Source: a virus (lineage: Duplodnaviria; Caudoviricetes). From it: a DNA stretch of 34,791 nucleotides. Location: positions 1-34,791 of the IMG/VR virus record IMGVR_UViG_3300025018_000079; one strand, given 5' to 3'. Positions 7,995 to 18,193 of the stretch are shown here, one piece after another. Both the position numbers and the translations under genes were made by a program. Within the stretch, counting starts at the first letter, position 1. Every line of letters starts with the position of its first letter. The notes under the pieces were generated by a model that saw only the letters and a list, made by a program, of their open reading frames with translations, searched no databases and was not told the origin of the DNA.

Positions 7995-8624
7995 ATGCTT
8001 ACAAAAAAATTAATTGTCGCTATTGGCGCTATTTTAATTTTAGTGCCAGCCGTTGGTTTTGCTGCCGTCAAGTACGATCAAAAACTTATTACACGCCTAA
8101 AGGGTCAAATTTTACTTCAGGCTGATAGCAAGGGAGAGGCCTGGTATGTTAACCCTAAAGATGGAAAGCGCTACTACATGAAAGACGGAGAGACAGCTTT
8201 TGCGATGTTGCGCAAATTTGGCCTAGGAATTAAAACTTCTGATTTAGAAAAAATACCTGTAGGAGATATCGAGGTTGCCGGTGGGGCTAGCAGTGAAACA
8301 AAAACACAAAGTAAAACTACAAATTTTGTTAAGACTCACAGCTATTCTGGAACAGAAAATATCAACACTGAGCCTTTTGCTGTAAAAAATGGTGCGTGGA
8401 TAAAATTTAAATATACTTTTACCCCTTACGATTCCAGCGACAATTTTATTGTTAGATTCACTGATCCAATTTCAAATGGCTTTGGAGATTTATTGGTCAA
8501 CACTATAGCTGAATCAACCATCCAGGGTGAAAATAATGTCTATAATAAAACCAGTGGCGGCTTGTATTATTTTGACGTAAGTGGATCCGGGAATTGGACT
8601 ATAGATGTATACGAACTGGAATAA
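7995..8624 (+). CDS. Secreted/surface protein with a Parcubacteria-type LKGxILLQ..GEAWYVNP domain
   Basis: Signal peptide, RLKGQILLQADSKGEAWYVNPKDGKRYY...GLGI, beta-sandwich-like C-terminus. Confidence 0.8.
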   Translation: MLTKKLIVAIGAILILVPAVGFAAVKYDQKLITRLKGQILLQADSKGEAWYVNPKDGKRYYMKDGETAFAMLRKFGLGIKTSDLEKIPVGDIEVAGGASSETKTQSKTTNFVKTHSYSGTENINTEPFAVKNGAWIKFKYTFTPYDSSDNFIVRFTDPISNGFGDLLVNTIAESTIQGENNVYNKTSGGLYYFDVSGSGNWTIDVYELE

Positions 8625-8632
8625 GAAATTTT

Positions 8633-8665
8633 AAAAACACCGGCCGTCATGGTCGGTGTTTTTTT
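8633..8665. terminator. Bidirectional intrinsic terminator
   Basis: AAAAACACCGGCC-gtcat-GGTCGGTGTTTTTTT between convergent genes. Confidence 0.85.
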
Positions 8666-8685
8666 ATTTGGCAGTAATAAGCGAG

Positions 8686-9708
8686 CTAATTGGCTTTTAT
8701 CGAGACCGCTTTTGCAACCTTGAATTTGGCAAATTCTGCCGGGGCCAATTCAATTATCTTCGCTGATTCGAAGTCTTTCTTGTATGTGTCAAAATTGGTC
8801 GCAAATGGGATTAAGATATCCCCGGCGGCCGCATACAAGGCCGGCTTACCCTGCTCTTTATACATGATCATAGATATTTTATTTAATAACTTAGTTGCGC
8901 TAACCTCAACGACTCCTTTGATTGCCGCAGCAATCTTATAATCCCAGGCCAGGCGCTTGGCAAACGGATTATAGTGATCAAAGTCCTTGAGTTCTTTTTT
9001 ATCGATGTAGCCATCAACCAGGGTGGAATGCCCGGCCCCGGCGCTGCAAGCCTTAATAATCTCGGTTGTATTCCAAGGAGAACATACTGGGGCAGCAATC
9101 TGAAGCGGAGCCTGCTTGGCATGGTATTTCAAGCTTTCTCGGTCCGTTGAAACCCACTCATAGGCGAACTGGAGAACGTTCTTAACCTTTTTAGCTTTTT
9201 CTTTTAGCTCGTCAGTAATAACGCTCTTATCCATCCAATCTTCCCATTCCCAAGGTGTCCTGTCATCCAACTTAGATGGTAGATCTTTTTCCGGAAGCAG
9301 GCCGTCTACCCGGATACTTTCCCAGACAGCATTCAGGTAGTTGCCTTGCTTCGTGGTGTTACTCATAATCGCCGTAAAGCGGTCTGAGGCGTTAAATTTG
9401 CCGTTCTCATCAAAGAAGCCGAGGTCTTTAAGATATTGTAGCCCGTCGCCCTTTAAGAGGCCTTTTTGGACCAAATAAGCCACCTGCTCCTCAACACTGT
9501 TTAAGGCCGCGAACGTCACGCAGCTCATGGTGTCAAAATAGACCCCGATCTGCTTTTCTTCGGTCGGCCGATACCTCTCGTGCCATTGGCCGTCTTTAAG
9601 GCGCTCAGCATAAACCACTGCCGAAACGGCGCCGGCGATATAATCTCCCAGCTTAGGAGGAGCCACCAGGACTCCGGTATTAATTCCCTTGCGTAATGTC
9701 TTTTTCAT
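8686..9708 (-). CDS. Papain-like cysteine peptidase, candidate lysis enzyme
   Basis: Q...SCVTFA (Cys), SDRF, GHSTL (His), DHY; last gene of the late operon. Confidence 0.7.
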   Translation of the reverse strand: MKKTLRKGINTGVLVAPPKLGDYIAGAVSAVVYAERLKDGQWHERYRPTEEKQIGVYFDTMSCVTFAALNSVEEQVAYLVQKGLLKGDGLQYLKDLGFFDENGKFNASDRFTAIMSNTTKQGNYLNAVWESIRVDGLLPEKDLPSKLDDRTPWEWEDWMDKSVITDELKEKAKKVKNVLQFAYEWVSTDRESLKYHAKQAPLQIAAPVCSPWNTTEIIKACSAGAGHSTLVDGYIDKKELKDFDHYNPFAKRLAWDYKIAAAIKGVVEVSATKLLNKISMIMYKEQGKPALYAAAGDILIPFATNFDTYKKDFESAKIIELAPAEFAKFKVAKAVSIKAN

Positions 9709-9758
9709 ATTGATTAAAAATTATCAAATTAAGGGGGAGATTTAGGCTCTCCCCTGGC

Positions 9759-9983
9759 CTATTGTAGGATCTTCCGCCAGCGCCGGCTTCTCTTCATTGC
9801 TCTGATTCTTTCCAGAAGCTCGATTATCTCATCCAGAGTCAGGTTCTTAAATAAGAAATGCCAGGCGTTATGACGTTCTATGTCCATGACTAGAAGATTG
9901 CTCTCCAGCGCATCGCCGCCCCTGGACTTAGGGCGAAGATGATGGCGGTTTGTTGTCCCCGCCCGCTTCCAGGTTTTACTCAT
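9759..9983 (-). CDS. HNH endonuclease-like protein
   Basis: HHLRPKSRGG...SNL...HNAWH. Confidence 0.75.
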   Translation of the reverse strand: MSKTWKRAGTTNRHHLRPKSRGGDALESNLLVMDIERHNAWHFLFKNLTLDEIIELLERIRAMKRSRRWRKILQ

Positions 9984-10007
9984 GACTAACCTTTCTTTTA
10001 GAATGAA

Positions 10008-10115
10008 CTATTTTTATTTGCTTAAATGAATAACCATTCCAACAACCCAGGCTCCAAGACAGGCTAGGAGAAAATAAATCGTCTTAAAAATAAAGGAAAT
10101 TATTTTCCAAAACAT
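10008..10115 (-). CDS. Small membrane protein (35 aa)
   Basis: MFWKIISFIFKTIYFLLACLGAWVVGMVIHLSNKK; starts 3 nt after the fibre gene stop. Confidence 0.55.
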
Positions 10116-10118
10116 AAA

Positions 10119-12038
10119 TCACATTAAAAGTATCGTCAGATAAAATGTTCCCGTAATTGAAGCTGGACTTTGACCTCCGCTCGCCTTAGTCCAATCAATA
10201 TAAATGTTGTACTCGTCAAAGGTAATGACTCCAGACTGAGATAAATATGAGTTGGCGTAGCTATCTCCGGACAGCATTTTCCGCATATAAATTGATGCGG
10301 CGGAGGAATTTCCATCTCCTATTTTTGGCAAGAAAGGGTTAGAGCCAATTGAATTAACGGCAACATAAACGCATTTGTTGTTAGTGCCGTCAGAATATCC
10401 GTCTGAGGTAAGGGTAAGGCCGCCCTCTACGCTAGCAGAAGAATTAGGGATTGCATGTCTGGCCAGAACCGTAGCTAATTTAGGAATTCTCCCAAGACCA
10501 TGAGCAATAGTTTGTCGCGAGCTATTATCTGAAAATGCCCTAGTGGTTTGAAGTATTTCGGTCTTAATAGCATTGCTTAAAATTTCCCCCGGAATCTGTT
10601 TGTCACCTCCAACCCGCACAAGATCATCATCATCTACGCTTCTTGCCGTCTCCGTGGCATTAGTACCCAGGTCTAAATAGTAGCCGGTAGCTCCATCATC
10701 ATCATTGCCGCTGATATCTACTCCAGAAGATGGACTAATTAATTTCAAAATAGAATCAGCGGCTTTTACAATAAACCTACTGTCAACGTATTCGACCGTT
10801 TCGCTTCCACTGGTTAAAGATCTAATTTGAGTCTGAAGATATTGAGCTATAACCGATTTTGGCGCCACATAGGATGCATACAAAGAAAAAATCAACTCAG
10901 CCGATGATCCAGTGGACCAAGTAGAGCCGTTAAAAAGAATCTCAGCCCCACCGCTATAAACAGAACTAGACGTATAGACGTAAACGCGAATACAATTTGA
11001 GCTGTTATTCCCCGGCAGAGTAATTTTAAAGGCATATTGCTTACCAATTTCAAGCTCTATCGGTGAAGCGAACGTAAATTCTACAGCAGTCTGAGAGGTT
11101 GATAAGGTAGAAACGTCAAGCGATTTTTCTACTAGTGCCGAGCCGGTCGGATATCCTCCAGAAATTTCATAAATTCCGAGAGTCACGTTCCCGGTCGGCG
11201 ATCCATATTTGGCTATATTAACGACAAATTTTGAAAAATAATTCCGATCGACTACCGTGAATGTTTGCCCAATCGCTATACTGCTATAAACAGGCTCATA
11301 GCTTGATGATCCATTTTCCTGATAAATTGCACGAGCATCTGAATAATAAGGCAATTTTAGGTGATTATTAGAATATAAATCACCATCTATATTTATCGAG
11401 TACCTTGGGTATGAATCAGGTGCGGTCGCCATGTTGACCTTAAAATAAAGATCACCTAAATTACTCCAGCTTGATCCGCCATTACTAGAATATCGTGCTT
11501 GTCCGCCAGCATAAGAACCGCCATAATAAAAATTATAATAATGCGATCCTGTACCAGTCGGGCAACGGAATACGAAACAATACTTATTGCCATTGGTTAA
11601 TTCTAGTTTAGAAAAATTAACAAAATTCTCTCCGTTAACTATAGAAGATCCGCTTATGGTGTAGGTAGCCAGTACGGACCCGGTCGGATTATCGCTCCCA
11701 TCGGCGGCATAGATATCTAAATAAATATCCCCGGTCGGACTGCCGTATTTTGTAATATAAAAAATAGCCGATACTAAAACCGCTTTTGTCATAGTAAATG
11801 ACTGCGATATTCTCTTATTAGCATCTTGAAGATCGTAATAGGATGATGTTGAATTAACATAAATTTCTTGCGTTTCTCCAACCGGAGCAGTAATAAGCGC
11901 CCATTTAGAAAGAGGGCTGATATTTAGGCCGCCGATAAGTTTGCCTATCACGCTTGGATTTGCTGGATCAATACTATTTGCATTTTCAGCTGCCCACGGT
12001 TCATCTGGTAAAAATCCTTTATATTTTGTTAAACCCAT
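10119..12038 (-). CDS. Tail fibre / receptor-binding protein
   Basis: Follows the tail tip genes; two QSFT/QTFT..KYGSPTG..YxGG modules and IAHGLGRIP; S/T/G/Y-rich. Confidence 0.75.
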   Translation of the reverse strand: MGLTKYKGFLPDEPWAAENANSIDPANPSVIGKLIGGLNISPLSKWALITAPVGETQEIYVNSTSSYYDLQDANKRISQSFTMTKAVLVSAIFYITKYGSPTGDIYLDIYAADGSDNPTGSVLATYTISGSSIVNGENFVNFSKLELTNGNKYCFVFRCPTGTGSHYYNFYYGGSYAGGQARYSSNGGSSWSNLGDLYFKVNMATAPDSYPRYSINIDGDLYSNNHLKLPYYSDARAIYQENGSSSYEPVYSSIAIGQTFTVVDRNYFSKFVVNIAKYGSPTGNVTLGIYEISGGYPTGSALVEKSLDVSTLSTSQTAVEFTFASPIELEIGKQYAFKITLPGNNSSNCIRVYVYTSSSVYSGGAEILFNGSTWSTGSSAELIFSLYASYVAPKSVIAQYLQTQIRSLTSGSETVEYVDSRFIVKAADSILKLISPSSGVDISGNDDDGATGYYLDLGTNATETARSVDDDDLVRVGGDKQIPGEILSNAIKTEILQTTRAFSDNSSRQTIAHGLGRIPKLATVLARHAIPNSSASVEGGLTLTSDGYSDGTNNKCVYVAVNSIGSNPFLPKIGDGNSSAASIYMRKMLSGDSYANSYLSQSGVITFDEYNIYIDWTKASGGQSPASITGTFYLTILLM

Positions 12039-12042
12039 ATTT

Positions 12043-12624
12043 TTAAGCGTTATTTATATGATATTCGCAGGAGACAAAAAGACTCTGCGGAGCTGTCTTT
12101 GCCCACCCTCCAGTCGCAATATAGCTATGCAATGTGCCGGTGTTAGCTGATGCCGTGCCGTCTATCACATTGCCAAATTCGGTCGCTGTTCCGGTGAATT
12201 CACCGGCAGCAAAGAAGAAGTCAATATAAGCGATATTGCCATCATTGGAATGACTGCTATAAAGTTTGCGATACTGCTCGCTTACCAGCTGAGTCGCTCC
12301 TGGAATAACATTCGGCGTTCCGGTACCAAGCAATCCGTAATTAATTACCGGGACAGTTGCTCTTTGGCCGGCCAGTGCCTTGGCGTATTCAGCCAGACCG
12401 GCATCGACAATGATGTTGTGTTTTTCATCTACAGACAAAATCTTTTTTGATTTCAAAAGCGGATCTATTTTGCTGCGGTCTTTACCCTTTGATTTAATAT
12501 AAGAGCGAATGGCAGCGACCTCCGGGCCGTTTTCTTTTACTCCCTTAGCCAGAGAAAATGTCCGGATATTTACGGCCACCTGCTCGTCAGTTTTTGATTC
12601 TTTTTTTATTATTTTTTCTGACAT
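12043..12624 (-). CDS. Tail tip / fibre-attachment protein
   Basis: HNIIVDAG...GTGT...TEFG pattern; position. Confidence 0.65.
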   Translation of the reverse strand: MSEKIIKKESKTDEQVAVNIRTFSLAKGVKENGPEVAAIRSYIKSKGKDRSKIDPLLKSKKILSVDEKHNIIVDAGLAEYAKALAGQRATVPVINYGLLGTGTPNVIPGATQLVSEQYRKLYSSHSNDGNIAYIDFFFAAGEFTGTATEFGNVIDGTASANTGTLHSYIATGGWAKTAPQSLFVSCEYHINNA

Positions 12625-12628
12625 ATTT

Positions 12629-14131
12629 TTAATATAGCTTTAAAGAATTATCTAAAAGTCCGACTCTTTTTGGATCACTGGCCGAAGTTGGAGCGTACGG
12701 ACCAAGTACCCAGATTGGCTCCACGCCTGCTCCCAGCGGATCTTTGTGGATGGTCTCGGCCGCTTCTACGTCAACCTGGTCAAGGTACGGAGCAACTTTC
12801 CGGATAAGCTCAGCAACTTCAAGATCGAGTAAGTCGGTATATATAGTCTCAGCCACTCCACTGTCGTCTATGCTTCCGCCGGCCTGGTTCATTAGTTTTT
12901 GTAAAAGCTCAACCAGCTGCAGCTTGTTAGTCGTTATCGCGCTTACGCTGTAATAGAAATCTTCCGGCCCCATCGCTCTAAAACTGATCCGATTAATAAC
13001 ATAGTTATCACTGACATCTCTCCGGGTGCTGGATAGATTGATGACCATCCCGGATCTTAGGCCGCTGGTATAAGTATCAAAGGATATTTCATTGCTGCCA
13101 TACTGATAAGCCAGTAGCTCGGCCTTAGCGCGCTTCCTGGCAGTCGTCATATCAATGATCGAGCTGTCGTTAATTATCTTTTCTTTTAAGCCATATTGGG
13201 CCACGCTTCCGGAATTTTTGACCACACACTTGATTGGTACTTTTGGTAAGCCGGTATATTCTATCTTGTTTCCATCGGCTAAATTGTTTTCAAATTTAAT
13301 GGATTTCTCTTGAAAATTCTGCAAGCAGTCATGGGTCGTAAAATCATCTTTAAAATCCTGTCCGACTGTCTTGGCAACATAGCCACTCCCTGTATCAACC
13401 CTAATGGCTAAATCGCTAAATTTATAAGGCAAGGTGAAGATGTTGGTATTATTTCCCTTGACTGTAATCACCCCGGTGAACTCCTCACCATCGCTTTCTC
13501 CTCCTCTAACTTTAACCTGATTAACGATCTGAGTACCGTCTATGTTTCTGATAAGCGTTTCATTGACATAATTGCCGCTCGTATCGGTTAAGCCAAAAGG
13601 CGCGGCGTTGGCCATTTTCGGGAAGAAATGAATATCTTTATCCGTATCCACATACCATTCGTATTTCACAATTTCGGCCAGCTTGGTTATACAGTCAGAC
13701 AGGTAGACTTCATTAAAAGCAATCTTGCCGATTGAAAAGTTGGAGAATACATTTGTCGTTGTAAAGTCAGCTGCATAGGTTGAAATCAGGTCATCGATTA
13801 TTTGCTCGATCGTCTGATTAACATAGCTCTTGGCGGCTAGAATCTGCCCTAGCTGGCTGCCATAGTCAGAGCATTGGATTATATAAACTAAGCCATCAGC
13901 ATTATTTAAATTCCTTTCCTCTATATTAACGATGAAGCCGCCAAATATCTTGTTTGCTCCCTCAAAAATTTCCACTTCGTCATTGACGGCCGGCACATAA
14001 GTTCGGCTGCCAAATTTCCTATATTCAAAACTGGCTGTATCTACCTGGCTGGTAATTACCTGATTAACTTCAAAGCCATCCCAGATGATCTGGCTGCTCA
14101 AGTCTACGTTGTTGATTAAAACTTGAATCAT
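12629..14131 (-). CDS. Tail tip / baseplate hub protein
   Basis: Directly after the tape measure; IFGG, WYVD, VNQVKVRG, SVAQYG motifs. Confidence 0.75.
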   Translation of the reverse strand: MIQVLINNVDLSSQIIWDGFEVNQVITSQVDTASFEYRKFGSRTYVPAVNDEVEIFEGANKIFGGFIVNIEERNLNNADGLVYIIQCSDYGSQLGQILAAKSYVNQTIEQIIDDLISTYAADFTTTNVFSNFSIGKIAFNEVYLSDCITKLAEIVKYEWYVDTDKDIHFFPKMANAAPFGLTDTSGNYVNETLIRNIDGTQIVNQVKVRGGESDGEEFTGVITVKGNNTNIFTLPYKFSDLAIRVDTGSGYVAKTVGQDFKDDFTTHDCLQNFQEKSIKFENNLADGNKIEYTGLPKVPIKCVVKNSGSVAQYGLKEKIINDSSIIDMTTARKRAKAELLAYQYGSNEISFDTYTSGLRSGMVINLSSTRRDVSDNYVINRISFRAMGPEDFYYSVSAITTNKLQLVELLQKLMNQAGGSIDDSGVAETIYTDLLDLEVAELIRKVAPYLDQVDVEAAETIHKDPLGAGVEPIWVLGPYAPTSASDPKRVGLLDNSLKLY

Positions 14132-16002
14132 ACGGCCACTCTGCTGTTAAGTCTTAGCTTGTCCATTATCGCTTCACTGACTTGGTCAGATAGGTTCTTA
14201 AGGTCTAGCTTGCTGCTGATAGTATTTCCAGTAATGTTGACGGTTATATTAAAGCCTTGATTTACCTTATTCATCCGACTTAAAGGAATAACTGCCTCAG
14301 GCCCGGCTTCGCCGATCATGGCTAGAGTCGGCCTGGTAACTATTCCTCCGGCGGCCAACATCGGAATTTCCGGAATCTGCGGAGCCTTGGCGCCAAATAC
14401 GGAAGCACCTTTAGCGGCGATAGAATTCAATGAGCGAATGACACTATTTATCTTATCAATCATCCAATTGAGTCCGCTCTTGATTGTGCTTTTAATTCCC
14501 TCCCAGACCGTTGTCAGAGCGCCTCCGATTCCGCTCCATAAAGAATTCCAGGCCTTAGATACCGGCTCAGACATCTTGCCGAACATTTCCTGAATGAAAG
14601 TCCAGCCGACACTTATCGCGCCTTTTATAGCCTCCCAAACAGGAGCCAGGAACGCAGATATCCCATTCCAAACAAACTCCCAGGCCTGTTTTATTGCTCC
14701 CATCGCCATATTGAAAACCATTTTTAAATCAGTCCAGAATTTCTGGAAGAATAGTTTTACTTTTTCAAAGACAGCGACGATATCAATACCCATCAAATCA
14801 AACGCAGTGATCACCAGGCCGACCACGAACGATATCCAAAATTGAAAAATTGTTTTAATTACTTCCCAAATAGCCGAGAAGAAATCTTTTACCCCATTCC
14901 AGGCAGCCGTAATCCCATCGGTTATCTTCGTCCAGATTTCAGTGAAGAACCCGGCAATCGCGCTCCATATCTCTACCGCTTTGGCTTTAATCGTTTCCCA
15001 GTTTTGCACGATCCAAACGATACCGGCTACCAGTCCGCCGATAATAGCGCCGCCGATAATAAAAGGAGCCAGGGCGACTGCCGCGGCTACAAATGCCGAA
15101 ATGGTACTATAAATTGCCGGTACAAGCGCGCCGATAATAGCGCCACTGACTGCGTATATAGCCCACTCGTGTTCTTTAAACCACTTGATTGTTTCTTCTA
15201 TCTTAGTGATCCACTGCGGCAAAGTATTTTGAACAAATGAAGTTGCCTGCTCAATCATCTTGTTTAGAGCCGGCAAAAACCTCTCTCCCTGGGTCCTTAA
15301 GAATTCATTTAAGGAATCCTTGAAAGTACTCCATAAACCCGCCCAAGTCTTACTCTGGGCTTCCATGCCGCCAAAAAAGCGGCCGCCCTCGCTGGTGGCC
15401 GTTTTAAAGGCCTCAGCGACCATCTCAGCGCTTATCTTGCCATCCTCCATCTCCTCTTTCAGTTGAGCCATGCTCTTGCCGGTTTTTTCAGACATTATCT
15501 GCAGCGGATTAAAGCCTTGGTTAACCATCTGAAGAAGATCCTGACCCATCAGCCGGCCGGTAGCCTGTACCTGTGCAAATGCCAATGATAAAGAAGCAAA
15601 CTTCTCTTTATTGCCGAGCGCGACATCGCCGATCATCTGAATGTTCGGCATCACACTTTTCACGTCCAATCCGAATGCCAGCATGGTTTGAGCTGCTTTG
15701 GAAATATCGGAAGTTTCAAAAGGAGTCTTAGCCGCAAATTGTTTCATCTCGGCAACAAACCTTTGAGCCTCCTCGGCCGAACCAAGCATGGTCTTAAACG
15801 CAACCGAAGTCTGTTCTGCATCTGAAGCCGCCTTTAAAGCAAGGCCTCCCAGGCCCGCTAATCCTATACCGGCTCCAACCAAACCTTTGGCGAAGTTATT
15901 TGATGCGCTCTCGGCTCCCTTAATCTTATCGCTGATCTTTCCGAGCGATGCGCTAGCTTCGTCTTTAAGTTGGACTAAAATTTGCAGAATGCTTTGTGTC
16001 AT
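14128..16002 (-). CDS. Tape measure protein
   Basis: FAAKTPF tape_meas domain, W/F periodic repeats, LAAGGIV..GEAGPEAVIPL. Confidence 0.93.
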   Translation of the reverse strand: MTQSILQILVQLKDEASASLGKISDKIKGAESASNNFAKGLVGAGIGLAGLGGLALKAASDAEQTSVAFKTMLGSAEEAQRFVAEMKQFAAKTPFETSDISKAAQTMLAFGLDVKSVMPNIQMIGDVALGNKEKFASLSLAFAQVQATGRLMGQDLLQMVNQGFNPLQIMSEKTGKSMAQLKEEMEDGKISAEMVAEAFKTATSEGGRFFGGMEAQSKTWAGLWSTFKDSLNEFLRTQGERFLPALNKMIEQATSFVQNTLPQWITKIEETIKWFKEHEWAIYAVSGAIIGALVPAIYSTISAFVAAAVALAPFIIGGAIIGGLVAGIVWIVQNWETIKAKAVEIWSAIAGFFTEIWTKITDGITAAWNGVKDFFSAIWEVIKTIFQFWISFVVGLVITAFDLMGIDIVAVFEKVKLFFQKFWTDLKMVFNMAMGAIKQAWEFVWNGISAFLAPVWEAIKGAISVGWTFIQEMFGKMSEPVSKAWNSLWSGIGGALTTVWEGIKSTIKSGLNWMIDKINSVIRSLNSIAAKGASVFGAKAPQIPEIPMLAAGGIVTRPTLAMIGEAGPEAVIPLSRMNKVNQGFNITVNITGNTISSKLDLKNLSDQVSEAIMDKLRLNSRVAV

Positions 16003-16205
16003 AACTTCTTATTTTGAGCCTCCGCTTCTGCATTAAACATCAGCAAGAGATTATCTATAAACCATGCAGGCTGCCTTTGATATTCATCCCAGGTCCAACC
16101 CATTTCCCGACAGATGATTGCCTGTACCATCGTTTCGGTAAGCTGAGATCCGTTCTTACTTGCGAAGTACCGCTCCCAGCGGTACGCTACTCCGCTAATT
16201 TTAAA
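15999..16205 (-). CDS. Tail assembly chaperone, -1 frameshift extension (gpGT-like)
   Basis: Slippery T-TTA-AAA at 16199-16205; the -1 frame stays open to a TGA overlapping the tape measure ATG (...CREMGWTWDEYQRQPAWF...). Confidence 0.75.
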   Translation of the reverse strand, partial: FKISGVAYRWERYFASKNGSQLTETMVQAIICREMGWTWDEYQRQPAWFIDNLLLMFNAEAEAQNKKL

Positions 16206-16528
16206 TTTCCGTCATTGATCTCCTTAAGCTGACCGATAATAAAATCATAATCAGTCGGGCTGCCATCAAGCATCCGGTCAAGAATGTTTTCAGAGCTTCC
16301 ATCATATTCGGCGACAATAACCTCAATCAGCTTCGGCTCTGCCTTGGCGAGAATGTCAGCCGAAACATTATCGACGACTTTATTATTCGTCATGTCTAAA
16401 GACATTGACGGAAGAATCACTGAGCGGATTTCATTTCTTTCGCGCGCAGTGATATAGCTTTTTACCTTGAGCTTTTTGCCGCTCGGGGCAGTCAGCTCGA
16501 TGACTTCTCTTTCTTTTTGGTCGTTCAT
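16187..16528 (-). CDS. Tail assembly chaperone (gpG-like)
   Basis: Between tail tube and tape measure; ends at the slippery site. Confidence 0.8.
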   Translation of the reverse strand: MNDQKEREVIELTAPSGKKLKVKSYITARERNEIRSVILPSMSLDMTNNKVVDNVSADILAKAEPKLIEVIVAEYDGSSENILDRMLDGSPTDYDFIIGQLKEINDGNLKLAE

Positions 16529-16540
16529 ATGTTTATCAGA

Positions 16541-16595
16541 GAACGACCAACTGGGCGGGCGCGCCTCTTACGAGTACTCGCCCAGTCGGTCATTC
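16541..16595 (-). promoter_or_regulatory. Long hairpin after the tail tube gene
   Basis: Long imperfect stem with a GTAA loop on the minus strand. Confidence 0.5.
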
Positions 16596-16602
16596 ATATA
16601 AA

Positions 16603-17598
16603 TTAATAACTAGCTTGGGCGTTGGTCGCTAAGACGGTAATCATCTTGGCATCACTGGCGCTGTAATGCGCCTTGAAAGCCAAGGTCTGCATGACAATAT
16701 CGTCTAAGTTATGAGCCTTAGTAATCTCCGAGAAGATAACCTTGGCAAGATCGATGCGGATCTCCGGATGAGCGGCCGTACCGATAGTAACGTCTGAATT
16801 AATAAGGTCCATTCTCATGGCTTTTGCGGTACCGGCAAGAACGGCTGTTTTATAGGCTGCTTCGCTCTCCCAGACGGCCTCTATTTCGCCCTCAATGGTC
16901 ACTGGACCGTTCGTATAGTCTGCCGGGCCAACATTGCCAAGCGCAGCATCTTCCTGAATAGCCTGGGCGATTTTGATGTTCATGGAACGAACAGTCAAAG
17001 CGCTGGCGGCTCCTAATCCGGAAAGGGCGGAAGCGATCTTAAATGAAGCATGCTGACTTAAGAAGTTATTCTCCGAAGTGCTGGCCGGAGTTAAGCCGGC
17101 AACTACCAATTCCCCTGTCTTAGCCCTGACCTTTGCTTCATATTCAAGCATCTTGCCAACCTCGTACTTGATACTTACTTCTTCCACGACTCCCAAGGCG
17201 TGCTTATAGTCAGCGGCCGCTAACGGATCGTCTAAGAATAGAGATAGACTCTGATGCTGAGCGCTTTGGCCCACCGTGATGGTATGGTCTTTAATGCTCG
17301 CATCACTGTCCGCATTGTCAGCCGTGGCAAGAGCGCCAAGCAATGACATTAAGATGAGCGGAAAGTGCTTATCGCCAATCGGAGCGGAGATACTTCCCTC
17401 AGCCCATTTCTTGACGATGCTTGCACCAGACGAACCCTCAACTACGCCTAGTGATTGATTATGTTCGGCCAGCTCGATTTTTTCATCTAAAGCCAAGCTG
17501 GTCCACGGAATCCAAAAAGTTGCCGCCGCTTCAGCGGTACCCCTGGATGCCTCTTTGGCGATACCAAATTGTATCTGCCTGCCAATTCCTTTTCCCAT
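16603..17598 (-). CDS. Major tail tube protein
   Basis: GIAKEASRGT N-terminus, 331 aa, position. Confidence 0.8.
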   Translation of the reverse strand: MGKGIGRQIQFGIAKEASRGTAEAAATFWIPWTSLALDEKIELAEHNQSLGVVEGSSGASIVKKWAEGSISAPIGDKHFPLILMSLLGALATADNADSDASIKDHTITVGQSAQHQSLSLFLDDPLAAADYKHALGVVEEVSIKYEVGKMLEYEAKVRAKTGELVVAGLTPASTSENNFLSQHASFKIASALSGLGAASALTVRSMNIKIAQAIQEDAALGNVGPADYTNGPVTIEGEIEAVWESEAAYKTAVLAGTAKAMRMDLINSDVTIGTAAHPEIRIDLAKVIFSEITKAHNLDDIVMQTLAFKAHYSASDAKMITVLATNAQASY

Positions 17599-17610
17599 AT
17601 GGTTGTTATT

Positions 17611-17769
17611 TTATTTAAATTCTTTTTTATCTTTCTCCCACTTCTCTAGCGCTTCTTGGTAGCTACCGGCCTCTATCGACATCGGCTGGTATAAGCCACC
17701 GCCTGAAAAATGGAACAGCTCTTTATTTTTTGGCGTTTCGCTGACCGACGCCTTGTCTTGATTTTTCAT
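17611..17769 (-). CDS. Small hypothetical protein (52 aa)
   Basis: MKNQDKASVSE...IEAGSYQEALEKWEK; fills an operon gap. Confidence 0.6.
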   Translation of the reverse strand: MKNQDKASVSETPKNKELFHFSGGGLYQPMSIEAGSYQEALEKWEKDKKEFK

Positions 17770-17772
17770 ATT

Positions 17773-18189
17773 TTAAATTTGCTTAATAATTTTAGCTTCA
17801 ACGATTATGTCAAAAATGACGACTGGCTGAATGTATTCGGTATCTGAGAATGCCGGCGGCAATCCTTGGTTAACCTGGAAGCTGACAGCCTCGCCGGCTA
17901 GTGTCTGATTTTCTTTCTTCCGGAATTCTGCGCTAACCGCATCGGCCAGAGTCAGCCATTTTTCATATCCGGCCGAGCTCTCGGTTTGTGGATAGACTAG
18001 GCGTATAGTAAAACTTTCTACTACCTGGTTGCTGCTATTAGTGAACATCGATTCATTAAATCCATTGCTGATCAGCATAGCCGCCGGGAAGCTCGATGGC
18101 TTACTCTCAAGGTACTTAAACTTGAGCGGCAAAATAGAGCTGGAAATTCCGTCTAAGATAGTTTTAATTTTGCTTAATGCTGTTACCAT
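17773..18189 (-). CDS. Tail terminator / completion protein
   Basis: Size, SFPAA motif, position. Confidence 0.65.
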   Translation of the reverse strand: MVTALSKIKTILDGISSSILPLKFKYLESKPSSFPAAMLISNGFNESMFTNSSNQVVESFTIRLVYPQTESSAGYEKWLTLADAVSAEFRKKENQTLAGEAVSFQVNQGLPPAFSDTEYIQPVVIFDIIVEAKIIKQI

Positions 18190-18193
18190 ATCT

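Noticed and set aside
10119-12038. Diversity-generating retroelement targeting the tail fibre
   Set aside because: No reverse transcriptase and no TR/VR pair seen; the internal repeats are diverged protein modules
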